A DNA stretch of 64,000 nt, taken from IMG/VR virus record IMGVR_UViG_3300045988_144737. One strand, written 5' to 3'. The notes below the pieces were generated by a model. It made no database searches and was not told the origin of the DNA. It was given only the letters and a program-made list of their open reading frames with translations. This stretch comes from a virus. Every line of letters begins with the position of its first letter. Within the stretch, counting starts at the first letter, position 1. This document shows, piece by piece, positions 10,187 through 19,684 of this stretch. Both the position numbers and the translations under genes were made by a program.

Positions 10187-11686
10187 CTAATCCATATCGA
10201 TATACGTATATCCTAATTCAACGATTTTATTTCTACCAAAATCAATTTCGGCTACAATTTGTTGATTTTTATCTCCTTCTCGAGATTTTGATACAAAGAA
10301 AATAATATAAGATTTTCTTTCATCTAATTCAACCAAAACTTGATGAGCAACACCATTCGCATCAATCTCTATTCTTCTAACCTTTAGCGGATTAGAACCG
10401 CAACTCTTTTCATCGTTTCTAACCTTTCTAAACATAACACAAGTCGAAAATACATCAACTACACTTTTAGCCTCGGCTAAGTTATCAATGCTTAAATACT
10501 TTTGTCTAGCACTCCCCTTGTTTGATTGAAATGTACATAACAAATGAACATTTTGTCCTGCTTCTTTACAAACATCATATAGTTTAACACTATCATTGAT
10601 TAATTCAATACGATAATTAGATGTATTTGCGCCTGTACTCATCTTAAAAGTATCTAATACAAAATATTTTACTCCCAACATAGCGTATTTATTTATAATT
10701 TTAATCATTGAATCAACGGTATATCTTTTTAATGGAATTATAGTTAATAGTTTTTTATTTTTCATTGACTTTAGCCATGCGATTGCTTTGGAAATATCTT
10801 CTTCTTGTTTCTTAGTCCATTTACCGCTCTTAAATGTGTATTTATCAATATCTCCATCTTTGATAGCATTATTAATATACCAAATAATCAAATCTCTTTG
10901 AACCTTATCTTTTCCTTCTTCGTTTAATACACAAATAACCTTTTCTCCCATCAACAACAACGTTGGTAACCATAATATCCTCATTATTGTTGATTTTCCT
11001 TCATTGGTTATAGCAGTAATCATTTCTAGGTCACCTAACCTCATACCGCCAGTAGCCCTATTTAACATTGGCATATTAAGCAATTCTAAACCCATCTCTT
11101 CGCCTTTTTTGGCACTTTCAATCATATCATCAATGCCATCAGAGATGTCGTACACTTTATCCATGCCAGCATCTTTATTCAAGATTACATTAGTTAATCT
11201 AACCTCTAAATCTGTATATATATCTTCTAAAGTCCAATCTGTATAGGTTGATAACTTATCCCTAATTGGGTACTTTTGTTTATTTAATTCATAAACAGCA
11301 CACCATTTGTTTAAATCGATGATATACCCCTCTAAGTTGGCTACATTTACATATTCTTTGATTTTGTCAATTATACTATAACCACCATATTTTTCATATT
11401 CTAATTTTAATTTTGGATGTTGTTCCAAATAAAAAGAAATTGTATATTCATCAATAAATGTTTTCTTTTCATTAATTACTAAATCTTTAATTATAGAAAA
11501 GTATACTTTCCATACATTATGTAGAAAATCTTCTATACTTAAATTTGTAAAGCCATACAACAACTCAGGTTCTTTATAAAAGCAACCACAAATATTTGCT
11601 TCGATTGGTTCTGTATACCCTCTTAATATTTTTGCTACTTCATAAACTTCTTGTTGGATTGGTGTTAAATTATTTATATCTACCAT
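10187..11686 (-). CDS. DnaB-like replicative DNA helicase
   Basis: RecA-fold C-terminal domain with LNRATGGMRLGDLEMITAITNEGKSTIM (Walker A) and a DnaB-like N-terminal region. Confidence 0.7.
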   Translation of the reverse strand: MVDINNLTPIQQEVYEVAKILRGYTEPIEANICGCFYKEPELLYGFTNLSIEDFLHNVWKVYFSIIKDLVINEKKTFIDEYTISFYLEQHPKLKLEYEKYGGYSIIDKIKEYVNVANLEGYIIDLNKWCAVYELNKQKYPIRDKLSTYTDWTLEDIYTDLEVRLTNVILNKDAGMDKVYDISDGIDDMIESAKKGEEMGLELLNMPMLNRATGGMRLGDLEMITAITNEGKSTIMRILWLPTLLLMGEKVICVLNEEGKDKVQRDLIIWYINNAIKDGDIDKYTFKSGKWTKKQEEDISKAIAWLKSMKNKKLLTIIPLKRYTVDSMIKIINKYAMLGVKYFVLDTFKMSTGANTSNYRIELINDSVKLYDVCKEAGQNVHLLCTFQSNKGSARQKYLSIDNLAEAKSVVDVFSTCVMFRKVRNDEKSCGSNPLKVRRIEIDANGVAHQVLVELDERKSYIIFFVSKSREGDKNQQIVAEIDFGRNKIVELGYTYIDMD

Positions 11687-12159
11687 AAATCGTCAAATTT
11701 TTCCTTTCCTACACTTTTAACTTTATAATTATTTTTAACTTCATTCATTAATTTAATATCATTTGCGATTTTGCTTTGTTTTTCTTCGTTGATTTTTTTA
11801 TTCCTATGTGCTTGCATGGCTTTTAATTTAATATCATTCAAATTTTTCTCAGCAATTAAACAAACTCCATTAATTTTATGTTGCTCATTCTTAAATGTTG
11901 TTTTTGCAATATAATTTAAAATATTTCTCTCTTCTTTTTTAAAGGCAAATAAAATCATTTTATAAGTATATAGCATTTTATCTTCTTTTCGTGCTATATG
12001 TTTTCCTACTGCCATACCTTTTAGTCTTAATGCCATTTGTTTTGGAAAAGCTAAATCATCTCCATATTGTAAAATATTAGATTTAACATAATTACATAAT
12101 TCATCAAATTCTTCTTTTTGTTTTTTAGACATCTTAGCCATCACTATCACCGTTGCCAA
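11680..12159 (-). CDS. Hypothetical protein (possible helicase-associated/replication organiser)
   Basis: 159-aa ORF whose stop overlaps the helicase start. No motif recognised. Confidence 0.4.
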   Translation of the reverse strand: MATVIVMAKMSKKQKEEFDELCNYVKSNILQYGDDLAFPKQMALRLKGMAVGKHIARKEDKMLYTYKMILFAFKKEERNILNYIAKTTFKNEQHKINGVCLIAEKNLNDIKLKAMQAHRNKKINEEKQSKIANDIKLMNEVKNNYKVKSVGKEKFDDLW

Positions 12160-12184
12160 AACCTTATAAAACTCTATAAAGCTT

Positions 12185-12330
12185 GTTTAATTCCCTATTC
12201 AACGTATCCTATTTTGCTACAAAGCTACTCTAGTTTGATATAATACTCCAAGGGCGTAAATTCCCATACAACGCATGGTACACATTAGTATTATCTTTTA
12301 AGTGACTATTCTACTAATCCATATCTACTT
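12185..12330 (-). ncRNA. Candidate omegaRNA/right-end region of TnpB element 1
   Basis: Directly 3' of tnpB on the minus strand. Hairpin CCATgcgttgtATGG, motif TTACGCCCTTGGAG (12248-12259 region) shared with the 3' region of TnpB-2 (TTACGCCTGTGGAG), terminal ..AATTAAACAAGC resembles ..GGTTCAAGC of element 2. Ends are approximate. Confidence 0.4.
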
Positions 12331-13427
12331 AAATTAATACTTGCATTAAAATCTCTATCTATAATGCAACCGCAATCTTCACAAATATAAGTTCTTTCTG
12401 ATAATGATAACTTAGTTTTTATATGTCCACACTCACTGCAAGTTTTTGAAGATGGATACCACTTGTTTGCTTCAACAAATTCTATTCCATAAAACTCGCA
12501 TTTATATTTCATTTTCACTTTGAAATCATATAAACATTGTTCTGCAACAGCTTTTGACAAATGACGATTTTTCATCATTCCCTTAATATTAAGTGTTTCC
12601 ATAACAACTCTTGATGGCTTGGTTTTCACTATCTTATTCGTTGCTTGGTGAATATGATTGCTTCTTATATTTGCTAATCGCCTATGAAGTAATCTAATTT
12701 GCTTTTCGAGTTTTGCAATATTCTTAGTTTTGACATACTCCTTTCCTTTTTTATTCATATCATATTTTCTTGAACATTGTCTTTGTTTTCTCTTTAATTT
12801 TTTCTTTAGTTTTTTAACTTCTTTAGTTTTATTAATGTTTTTAAAAGTCATTCCGTTGGAACATATAGCCAAGTCTTTTATACCTATATCTATTCCAATA
12901 GATTCCCCTGTTAATTCTACATTTTTTAATTCTCTTTCTATGCCTATTGACAAGTACCAATACTTTCCGTCAAAGCTTATTCTTGGATTACTATATTTAA
13001 CATCTAAAGGAATTGAATGAGGTTTAATATTAATCCATCCAACCTTTTCTATATTTACAACATTGTCCTTAACTTTAAGTTTGACGTTATCATTATAGAA
13101 TGATGGTTTAGATTTCTTTTTGCTTTTAAATCTAGGTTTACCAGCTAACCCTTTGAAGAACCTTTTATAAGAATTACAAGCATCTTTTACAGCTTGTTTA
13201 GCTACATTATTAGATACATCATTAAGCCAAGCCAACTCACCTTTCTTTAATTGAGTTATCTCTTTTCTCAAATCTCCATCTTTTATGAATTTACCACCAT
13301 TCTTATAATTATCTTCTTGTCTTGCAAGTGTCCAATTATATATATATCTAGATGTCCCTGCTGATTGCCATAATCTTTGTTCTTGAATTTTTGTTGGATA
13401 TAATCTAACTCTTTTCGCTAGCATCAT
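12306..13427 (-). CDS. tnpB: TnpB (IS200/IS605-IS607 family RNA-guided RuvC nuclease, OrfB)
   Basis: N-terminal KRVRLYPTKIQEQ, RuvC motifs GIDIGIKDLA, VVMETLNIKGM, DRDFNASINL, and zinc ribbon CSECG..CEDCG. Confidence 0.85.
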   Translation of the reverse strand: MMLAKRVRLYPTKIQEQRLWQSAGTSRYIYNWTLARQEDNYKNGGKFIKDGDLRKEITQLKKGELAWLNDVSNNVAKQAVKDACNSYKRFFKGLAGKPRFKSKKKSKPSFYNDNVKLKVKDNVVNIEKVGWINIKPHSIPLDVKYSNPRISFDGKYWYLSIGIERELKNVELTGESIGIDIGIKDLAICSNGMTFKNINKTKEVKKLKKKLKRKQRQCSRKYDMNKKGKEYVKTKNIAKLEKQIRLLHRRLANIRSNHIHQATNKIVKTKPSRVVMETLNIKGMMKNRHLSKAVAEQCLYDFKVKMKYKCEFYGIEFVEANKWYPSSKTCSECGHIKTKLSLSERTYICEDCGCIIDRDFNASINLSRYGLVE

Positions 13428-13509
13428 CTTCTATCAGCCCCCAATTCCTAAGTGTTTGCTCAATTTTACCAATCAACTTAGCAAACTCACCCATAGAATA
13501 ATAGTTCAT
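13405..13509 (-). pseudogene. 34-codon MerR-type HTH remnant, possibly the 5' stub of an IS607-type serine-recombinase tnpA
   Basis: MNYYSMGEFAKLIGKIEQTLRNWGLIEDDASEKS, GAGGTGA upstream. Runs out of frame into the tnpB start. No recombinase domain follows. Confidence 0.35.
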
Positions 13510-13563
13510 GTTTATCACCTCATTTTTAACTTATGTATTAGGGGAATAAACCCCCTATTTATA

Positions 13564-14724
13564 TTATAGCTTTTTAATTGCACTTGTCAACTCAATTAAA
13601 TCTTTTAAAGATAATTTTTCTAATTCTTTTAACGTTACTTCATATTGTGCAAACAATTCTTTAACTTGTTGAGCTTTTACACTATCTTTAGCATCTCTAA
13701 TATTGCCCATTTTTTCTTTAATAGTGTTAACTAACTCATCTTTTCTTTCGCTAGCTTGTGATTGCTCTAATTGTTGAGATTTTTTGGCAATCATTTCTTG
13801 TTGCTCTTGTTCTTTTTTAATTTGTTCTTTTTCTTCTTCATTTGTGATTTTAGTAGTACGAGAATTTTTAACCCCTAATTCAAAAGCATCCCAAAAACTT
13901 TTTGCTGATAAAGGTAGTTTTTCAGGCAATCCAACAAATCTTCCACCAGCATCAATTAACGGATTATCATCTCTAAAATAAATCATGCGTTCACTAGAAA
14001 TCAAATCCCCTGCCATTAAATTTCCAAAACTGTCTTTTTTGCCACTCGATTTAATATCTCTGTCAACAACAACATTCAAAACCCATTGAGATGTGCCAGC
14101 AATTGATTCAAAAGTTTTATCGTCTAGATTATTTGTAATTCGTTCATACTTCAAACCCGTTTTAGCATCTGTTTTATCTTTATTTTTTGTATGACAAATA
14201 ACAATAGGGTGATAACCAGCATTTTCTAATCTTTCTAATTGACCGTTTAATAATGCAATAACCCTATCACGACCTCTCATGAAACCACCCAAAGCGCTAT
14301 TTAACGAATCTGGATATTCTCCGTATTTTTTCTTGTGTTCATCAAACACCCTTTTAGTTGCAATGTTATACCATTCATCAAGGGTATCTATTCCCACAAT
14401 TTTAATATTTTGTTTATGAGCAGTTTCTACAAGTTCATCAACAATTTCAACAAAACCTCTCGTCCACAAATCTTGTGGCAAATCCTCTTCTTCATATCCA
14501 TATTCTTTAGTCCAACACGGAGCATCTTCAACTTGTAAATTATCTAGTGCTTTATATCCTTTTTCTGCTCCACAAGAAATTAATAAACCATATTCTGGGC
14601 TTCCGTAGCGCTCAATTATCAAGTCTCTAAACATAGTTGTCTTACCTGTTTTTCGTTCACCCATGATAATCGTATGCGGATATGAACAAATATCTGCTTT
14701 AACTGTATTAATTCTAAATGCCAT
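13564..14724 (-). CDS. AAA_24/Sak4-like RecA-fold ATPase with long C-terminal coiled coil
   Basis: Walker A IIMGERKTGKTT, Walker B-like KIVGIDTLDE, E/K/Q-rich C-terminus. Confidence 0.55.
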   Translation of the reverse strand: MAFRINTVKADICSYPHTIIMGERKTGKTTMFRDLIIERYGSPEYGLLISCGAEKGYKALDNLQVEDAPCWTKEYGYEEEDLPQDLWTRGFVEIVDELVETAHKQNIKIVGIDTLDEWYNIATKRVFDEHKKKYGEYPDSLNSALGGFMRGRDRVIALLNGQLERLENAGYHPIVICHTKNKDKTDAKTGLKYERITNNLDDKTFESIAGTSQWVLNVVVDRDIKSSGKKDSFGNLMAGDLISSERMIYFRDDNPLIDAGGRFVGLPEKLPLSAKSFWDAFELGVKNSRTTKITNEEEKEQIKKEQEQQEMIAKKSQQLEQSQASERKDELVNTIKEKMGNIRDAKDSVKAQQVKELFAQYEVTLKELEKLSLKDLIELTSAIKKL

Positions 14725-14794
14725 ATTTTCTCCTCCTAAATTTATATTAAAAATATTAATTATCCATCAAGAATTTCTCAATGGATAACGTTTT

Positions 14795-16024
14795 TTAAAG
14801 TGCTAAATCGCTAAAAAAATCATCATCTCCAAACGCTTCTTCGAATTCTTTATCTAAAATAGCATCACCAACACTCTCTTCTAACGGTTTAATCTCCACT
14901 GTTTTCATTGTTGTATTTTCATTAGTAGATTTAACCAATGATAAAACATTTGTAATATTTTTATCGGTATATGCCTCTTTATTAATTTTGCACACCAATG
15001 AACCGCTATCGTTTTTAATAGTATGCGGTCTAACAAATTCTAAATAATGAACTAAAGAACCCCCAGCAGTAGCTTCCTTTAAAGCATCTTCTTTTGTCAT
15101 TAAGCCACACTCAATTTGTAATTTCATATCTTCACTTAAATCCTCATAGCCTAATTGAACTGTTTCTCCTTGGGTTACAAATAAACACTGTGTATATAAT
15201 TCAATTACATAATCTTTTTGAGGTCTAAGATACGCCTTGATAACTTTTTCATATAAAGGAACTTTCTTAGCATTGATTTTAACTTTGATTGGATATGCAA
15301 CTGTTTCTTTATATTCAACTCCATTAAATTTTCCCAAATACCCAGCCACAAACGCATCACACTCTACAAGACCATCTTCATTTGGTTTTGCTGATTGTTC
15401 TACTGAATCTTTGGTAATCAATAATGGTAAAACACAATTATAAGTCCAATTAGCCTTTTCAGATTGTTCTCCTTCGACTAATTCAATACTTTTAATTTTT
15501 GGTTCTAATCGAGAATAATTGCTACCATTTTCTTTTGTTGTTGCTAATTTTGGTTCTAAATCACCTCTAATTTTAACAATCATTCCATTTTTTAACACTT
15601 CGTTTAAGTATTTGATTGCATCGTATTCTGATAAGAATTTTTTTTCAATTAATTTTCCATCATCATCTTTACCAAGTTTAATTGTAATAAAATCATTTGG
15701 GTCAATCAACGATAGTTCATCAACATCAAATCTTCTAGACCAATCTAATACGATTCTATTAGTCCAATCTCCAACCATTCTACCGTTCATCTCTTTTAAT
15801 CCATGACAATAGATTTTGCTTGAACCATCTTTCATATATCCACCAATTAATCTAAACCAATCAGTTGATGTATTTGAATTTACTTGAAAATCAACGCTAC
15901 TATATACATAGTTAGGGTTGTTTTTTGAATCGTTATCAAACGAGAATGATTTATCACTAATAGACACTTGACCTAAACAATAAAATTTTCTTGAACCTTG
16001 TTTTAATTTAGTTTTATTTTCCAT
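14795..16024 (-). CDS. Hypothetical protein, possible non-canonical ssDNA-binding protein
   Basis: Acidic C-terminal tip EFEEAFGDDDFFSDLAL resembles an SSB tail. Position between the ATPase and small genes. No OB-fold motif verified. Confidence 0.35.
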   Translation of the reverse strand: MENKTKLKQGSRKFYCLGQVSISDKSFSFDNDSKNNPNYVYSSVDFQVNSNTSTDWFRLIGGYMKDGSSKIYCHGLKEMNGRMVGDWTNRIVLDWSRRFDVDELSLIDPNDFITIKLGKDDDGKLIEKKFLSEYDAIKYLNEVLKNGMIVKIRGDLEPKLATTKENGSNYSRLEPKIKSIELVEGEQSEKANWTYNCVLPLLITKDSVEQSAKPNEDGLVECDAFVAGYLGKFNGVEYKETVAYPIKVKINAKKVPLYEKVIKAYLRPQKDYVIELYTQCLFVTQGETVQLGYEDLSEDMKLQIECGLMTKEDALKEATAGGSLVHYLEFVRPHTIKNDSGSLVCKINKEAYTDKNITNVLSLVKSTNENTTMKTVEIKPLEESVGDAILDKEFEEAFGDDDFFSDLAL

Positions 16025-16062
16025 ACATTTTCCTCTTTCGTTATTTGTTATTTATTTTTTTA

Positions 16063-16233
16063 TTATGGTAAAATCACAATTTTAGTTGTATTTCCAACCC
16101 CATCTTCAATAGTAACTTCATTTTCTCCAGTTTCTTTAAATTTATTTAATAAATCTAATAACAATTCTACGTCCTTCTCTTCGATAATTAACGTAGTTTC
16201 CTTTGTTAGTGTTTTACTTTTTGTTTGTAACAT
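16063..16233 (-). CDS. Hypothetical 56-aa protein (below ORF-track cutoff)
   Basis: ATG at 16233 after AGGAGGAAAATT. Translation MLQTKSKTLTKETTLIIEEKDVELLLDLLNKFKETGENEVTIEDGVGNTTKIVILP. Confidence 0.45.
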   Translation of the reverse strand: MLQTKSKTLTKETTLIIEEKDVELLLDLLNKFKETGENEVTIEDGVGNTTKIVILP

Positions 16234-16258
16234 AATTTTCCTCCTGTTTTTACTATTC

Positions 16259-16516
16259 TTAAATTAAAATCATAATACCCTCATATTCATTAGAGACATA
16301 TCCAAATATATATTCATGCTCTAAATATGATTGTAATAATTCACACACACCATCCATAATATCTCTAACTATTTCTGGCGCATTTTCATACTCTACCTCT
16401 TGTGGTGTTAATAACACCTTGTTGTAAATATATTCTTGGTTATTAATTAAATAATTTAATTCCATAATACATTTTTCAACATAATCATTAATTTCATATG
16501 GTAGTACTATGCTCAC
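16259..16516 (-). CDS. Hypothetical protein
   Basis: 85-aa ORF in the minus-strand operon. Confidence 0.4.
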   Translation of the reverse strand: MSIVLPYEINDYVEKCIMELNYLINNQEYIYNKVLLTPQEVEYENAPEIVRDIMDGVCELLQSYLEHEYIFGYVSNEYEGIMILI

Positions 16517-16528
16517 ATTTCATCACTC

Positions 16529-16723
16529 CTAACGATTAATTAATTGTGCAACCCTTTGAATACTACGCTCTGCTTGAATACTAGGTAAAGTCACATTTTT
16601 ATAATGACTTCTAATTTGAGCGTAAGTATATCCCTTCCAAGTTTTTAGTTCTTCATCAAACTCATTTCGTTGAAACCCAACTGCTTGAAATAGCTTAAAC
16701 AATCGTTTTCGTTTCTTGCTCAT
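16529..16723 (-). CDS. Hypothetical protein
   Basis: 64-aa basic ORF, AGGAGGA upstream. Confidence 0.4.
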   Translation of the reverse strand: MSKKRKRLFKLFQAVGFQRNEFDEELKTWKGYTYAQIRSHYKNVTLPSIQAERSIQRVAQLINR

Positions 16724-17036
16724 CTTTATCCTCCTTTAATAATAATTCTTTTATATGAAAGTATGGCACTTCATCTTCGTATATACCATACACTCCCATT
16801 TTTGTTTTTTCTTCATCAATTATTCTAACATGACAAACTTTATCTTTTAATCTATTAATAATTTCTTCATATTTTTCATTGAATTTTCCATCATGGTTTT
16901 TATAGATTACATCGATATTCAAATATACCTCTTGATTATCTTCTAATCTATTTATCAATCCTTTATTTCTCAATGCACTTCTTATAGACTTGTTACTAAT
17001 TTTTTTAGCAAGCGCTCTTCTTTGCTCTCTATTCAT
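16695..17036 (-). CDS. Hypothetical protein
   Basis: 113-aa ORF, GAGGTTGATT upstream. Confidence 0.4.
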   Translation of the reverse strand: MNREQRRALAKKISNKSIRSALRNKGLINRLEDNQEVYLNIDVIYKNHDGKFNEKYEEIINRLKDKVCHVRIIDEEKTKMGVYGIYEDEVPYFHIKELLLKEDKDEQETKTIV

Positions 17037-17047
17037 TTAATCAACCT

Positions 17048-17284
17048 CTAATTAGTTGCGACATAAACAACTTGTCTAGCTTGATATTTTCCTTTAAATT
17101 TTACTAAATCAAAAGAAACTTTGTCACCGCTTTGTAGGGTAATACTACTAATTACTTGTGATTTATGAAAAAACACTTCTTCATCAATATCGTCGCAAAT
17201 GATAAATCCATATTGATTTTCTTCATTATACCACTTAACCTCTCCATTCATATCTACTTTGATTTTTTCTTCTCTTTTTGTCAT
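17048..17284 (-). CDS. Cold-shock domain (CspA-like) protein
   Basis: GEVKWYNEENQYGFII..EVFFHKSQV matches the RNP1/RNP2 CSD motifs. ATG at 17284 after AGGAGGAAG. Confidence 0.7.
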   Translation of the reverse strand: MTKREEKIKVDMNGEVKWYNEENQYGFIICDDIDEEVFFHKSQVISSITLQSGDKVSFDLVKFKGKYQARQVVYVATN

Positions 17285-17435
17285 TTTTCTTCCTCCTGTT
17301 ATATTCCCTTTTAATAATAATTGTATATAAACACGCATCTATTACGTGGACTAACAATATAATAACAAATGAGTTTGTTATTGTCAACTATTAATCACAA
17401 TGAATTGTTTTTAATTTTATACCCGTCTATCATTT

Positions 17436-17660
17436 CTATAATCTATTTTCTTTAATATATTTTCTTGCATCGTATAATGATTCAACTAAATCCTTGTTTT
17501 CTTTTCGCAAATATTCACAAATAATTTGCAAATCATCAAGTTCTTTTCTTAGGACACAATTTTCATTTGTCAATCGCTTGATTTGTCCTTGAACATCGTC
17601 TCCTTCAAATTTATTAATAAACACATATTGCGAATGTCTAAGTTCGTTATTCCTCATCAT
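17436..17660 (-). CDS. Hypothetical coiled-coil protein
   Basis: 74-aa ORF. Confidence 0.4.
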   Translation of the reverse strand: MMRNNELRHSQYVFINKFEGDDVQGQIKRLTNENCVLRKELDDLQIICEYLRKENKDLVESLYDARKYIKENRL

Positions 17661-17680
17661 ATATCTTTTTTCCTTTCTTA

Positions 17681-17935
17681 TTATTTTTCATTACTTTGCG
17701 AATTAGAGTTTTTCTTTTTTAATAATTTGATTTCTCTATCTAAATACCATTTTGCTTTTTCTAAGTCTTCGACGTGCTTATTAGGATTATTGGATTTTTT
17801 CTTCCCTGCTCTGCTAACATATTTAATTACATTACCCAAGCTAAACCCTAAACCCTTATCTTCGATAAAATCAATTACTTCTATTTTACCATCTGTATAG
17901 TGAGATGGATGTGAAACATTATCATTATCAATCAT
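17681..17935 (-). CDS. DUF3310-family protein
   Basis: HPSHYTDGKIEVIDFIE..GNVIKYVSRAGKK..DLEKAKWYL is the typical DUF3310 pattern. Confidence 0.6.
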   Translation of the reverse strand: MIDNDNVSHPSHYTDGKIEVIDFIEDKGLGFSLGNVIKYVSRAGKKKSNNPNKHVEDLEKAKWYLDREIKLLKKKNSNSQSNEK

Positions 17936-18720
17936 TTATTATCACCATAACTTTCTCTAATTTTTTCCAATAATCTAATTTGTCCTACTCCTGTAATTAA
18001 TGTTTTTGTGAAAACCTTTGTTCCATATGGGGTTTTCTTTACAACTTCAACCACCTTAAACATACCATTGTTAATATATTTTTGATAAGGATTGTTGTTA
18101 CTCATCAAATAATGGTTGCTTTTCAACCATTTGAACAAATTGTTCCTTCCCATTTTTATATTTTCGTCTCTAATGGTTTTAGCAAACTCTCCAACATCAA
18201 CACAATCACTTGAATCAGATACTTGTTGAGCAAATCCAACCAATGGTTTTTGTTCAATAAGTTGTTGACTTTGTTGTTCAATTAGTTTAGATTGTTCTAT
18301 TCTAACCATTTCTTCCTCAATCCATCTCTTTGCTCTTTCGATTGGGTTTTCAATCATATAACTATCTCGAGATGCAATCATATTGTGTTTAACTTTGAAA
18401 TAAGTTTCCTCTAAAATATCAAATTGTTTCCATGCTTGGTCTGTATCCAAAATCTTACTATGTCGGTTAGCGCCACGTTCAGTCCATAAATACATGCTTC
18501 TGATTTTTGATTGATTTTGTAAGTGACTATTAGTCACCTGCAAAAATTCTTTAAGTTGTTCGCCCTTTAATAAATAATAGTCACGCCCCTCAATGAAGCG
18601 CCCTTTATTTCTCTTGAAATTTTGTTTAATATTTTCTGTTGAAGTCTCGTAAACTTCAGCCAATTGACGAGTTGTTAAAACTCTAATTCCTTCATGTTCA
18701 ATAATTTGTAATTCATCCAT
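17932..18720 (-). CDS. Phage antirepressor (ORF6N N-terminal domain plus KilAC/ANT C-terminal domain)
   Basis: VLTTRQLAEVYETSTENIKQNFKRNKGRFIEGRDYYLLKG (ORF6N-like). C-terminal ..LFKWLKSNHYLMSNNNPYQKYINNGMFKV (KilAC-like). ATG at 18720 after AAGGAG. Confidence 0.7.
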   Translation of the reverse strand: MDELQIIEHEGIRVLTTRQLAEVYETSTENIKQNFKRNKGRFIEGRDYYLLKGEQLKEFLQVTNSHLQNQSKIRSMYLWTERGANRHSKILDTDQAWKQFDILEETYFKVKHNMIASRDSYMIENPIERAKRWIEEEMVRIEQSKLIEQQSQQLIEQKPLVGFAQQVSDSSDCVDVGEFAKTIRDENIKMGRNNLFKWLKSNHYLMSNNNPYQKYINNGMFKVVEVVKKTPYGTKVFTKTLITGVGQIRLLEKIRESYGDNK

Positions 18721-18731
18721 TTTCTTACTCC

Positions 18732-19304
18732 TTACACGCACAAACTAGATACGTGCATAACACTATATCCATTGCGTTCTGCCCTACGTAAATTCTCTAA
18801 TTCATCATCAATTAATAATACTTTTTCTTTGCTTAATTTTTTAACCTCTTCTTGTGGAATAAACGTTTCTAATATTTGCTCAATGGAATTGATTTTATAT
18901 TCTTGATTACCAATAAAGAAAATATCCTCATTGTCAACAAAATCAACCCAATTTTCCAACCATTTTAATTTATCATGTATAACAACATTATTAGGCGCTC
19001 CTGATAAAATAAACACTTTGCAACCTAATCTTTGAGATAATCTTTTAATCATCATAATATTAGATAATAATGGCTCTTTATAATAAAATTGCAACGGTTC
19101 AAACCAATTATCAATAAACATACTTCTATTATTATAATATTCTACAATAGTTCCATCCATATCTAAAAATATATATTCAATATCTAAGGCTTGTAATCTA
19201 TGTAATAATTTATCAAATTTCATTTTTGCCAACTCATTAAAATCAATTTCAAAATCACTTGTAATAGATTTTGTATTTAAAATACTATCTTTATCTAACT
19301 TCAT
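18732..19304 (-). CDS. HAD-superfamily hydrolase (5'(3')-deoxyribonucleotidase-like)
   Basis: DMDGT motif I (IFLDMDGTIVEY), SGAP (motif II-like), LLIDDELENL (motif IV). Confidence 0.5.
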   Translation of the reverse strand: MKLDKDSILNTKSITSDFEIDFNELAKMKFDKLLHRLQALDIEYIFLDMDGTIVEYYNNRSMFIDNWFEPLQFYYKEPLLSNIMMIKRLSQRLGCKVFILSGAPNNVVIHDKLKWLENWVDFVDNEDIFFIGNQEYKINSIEQILETFIPQEEVKKLSKEKVLLIDDELENLRRAERNGYSVMHVSSLCV

Positions 19305-19684
19305 CTTTGCTCTCCTTTTGTTGTTTTATTGTCTAAATCCAAGATGTTTAATCTCATACACTCTTTAAAAATCATGTCAATATTTGGGTCATTTTTGTTT
19401 TTATTTAAACAATTGTAAAACAATTCATTATTTATCTTTTTATATTTATCAACTTTTTGAACTCGTAAATAATCAACTAAAATGCAAGTCATATCATAAT
19501 ATAACAACAAATTAACAATTTTATCATTATATCCACTCAAATCAACTACACCAAAGTCAATCAAGTTTCTTAAAACTACTTGTAAAGGTATGTTTTTAGT
19601 GTCATTTTTTAAATTACTATATCTATCTCTTTCTCTAACTTCCACATCTCTCAACAAAGTATTAAAACTAATCAATGTACTCAC
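19301..19684 (-). CDS. Hypothetical protein
   Basis: 127-aa ORF, translationally coupled to its neighbours. Confidence 0.4.
   Translation of the reverse strand: MSTLISFNTLLRDVEVRERDRYSNLKNDTKNIPLQVVLRNLIDFGVVDLSGYNDKIVNLLLYYDMTCILVDYLRVQKVDKYKKINNELFYNCLNKNKNDPNIDMIFKECMRLNILDLDNKTTKGEQR

Noticed and set aside
11004-15806. Plus-strand ORFs 11004..11246, 12730..13020, 13784..13981, 14335..14538, 15237..15443, 15519..15806 (and likewise 17583..17900)
   Set aside because: All are antisense to longer minus-strand genes with recognisable motifs. Their products are S/F/L/I-rich, as expected from the reverse complement of K/E/N-rich coding sequence.
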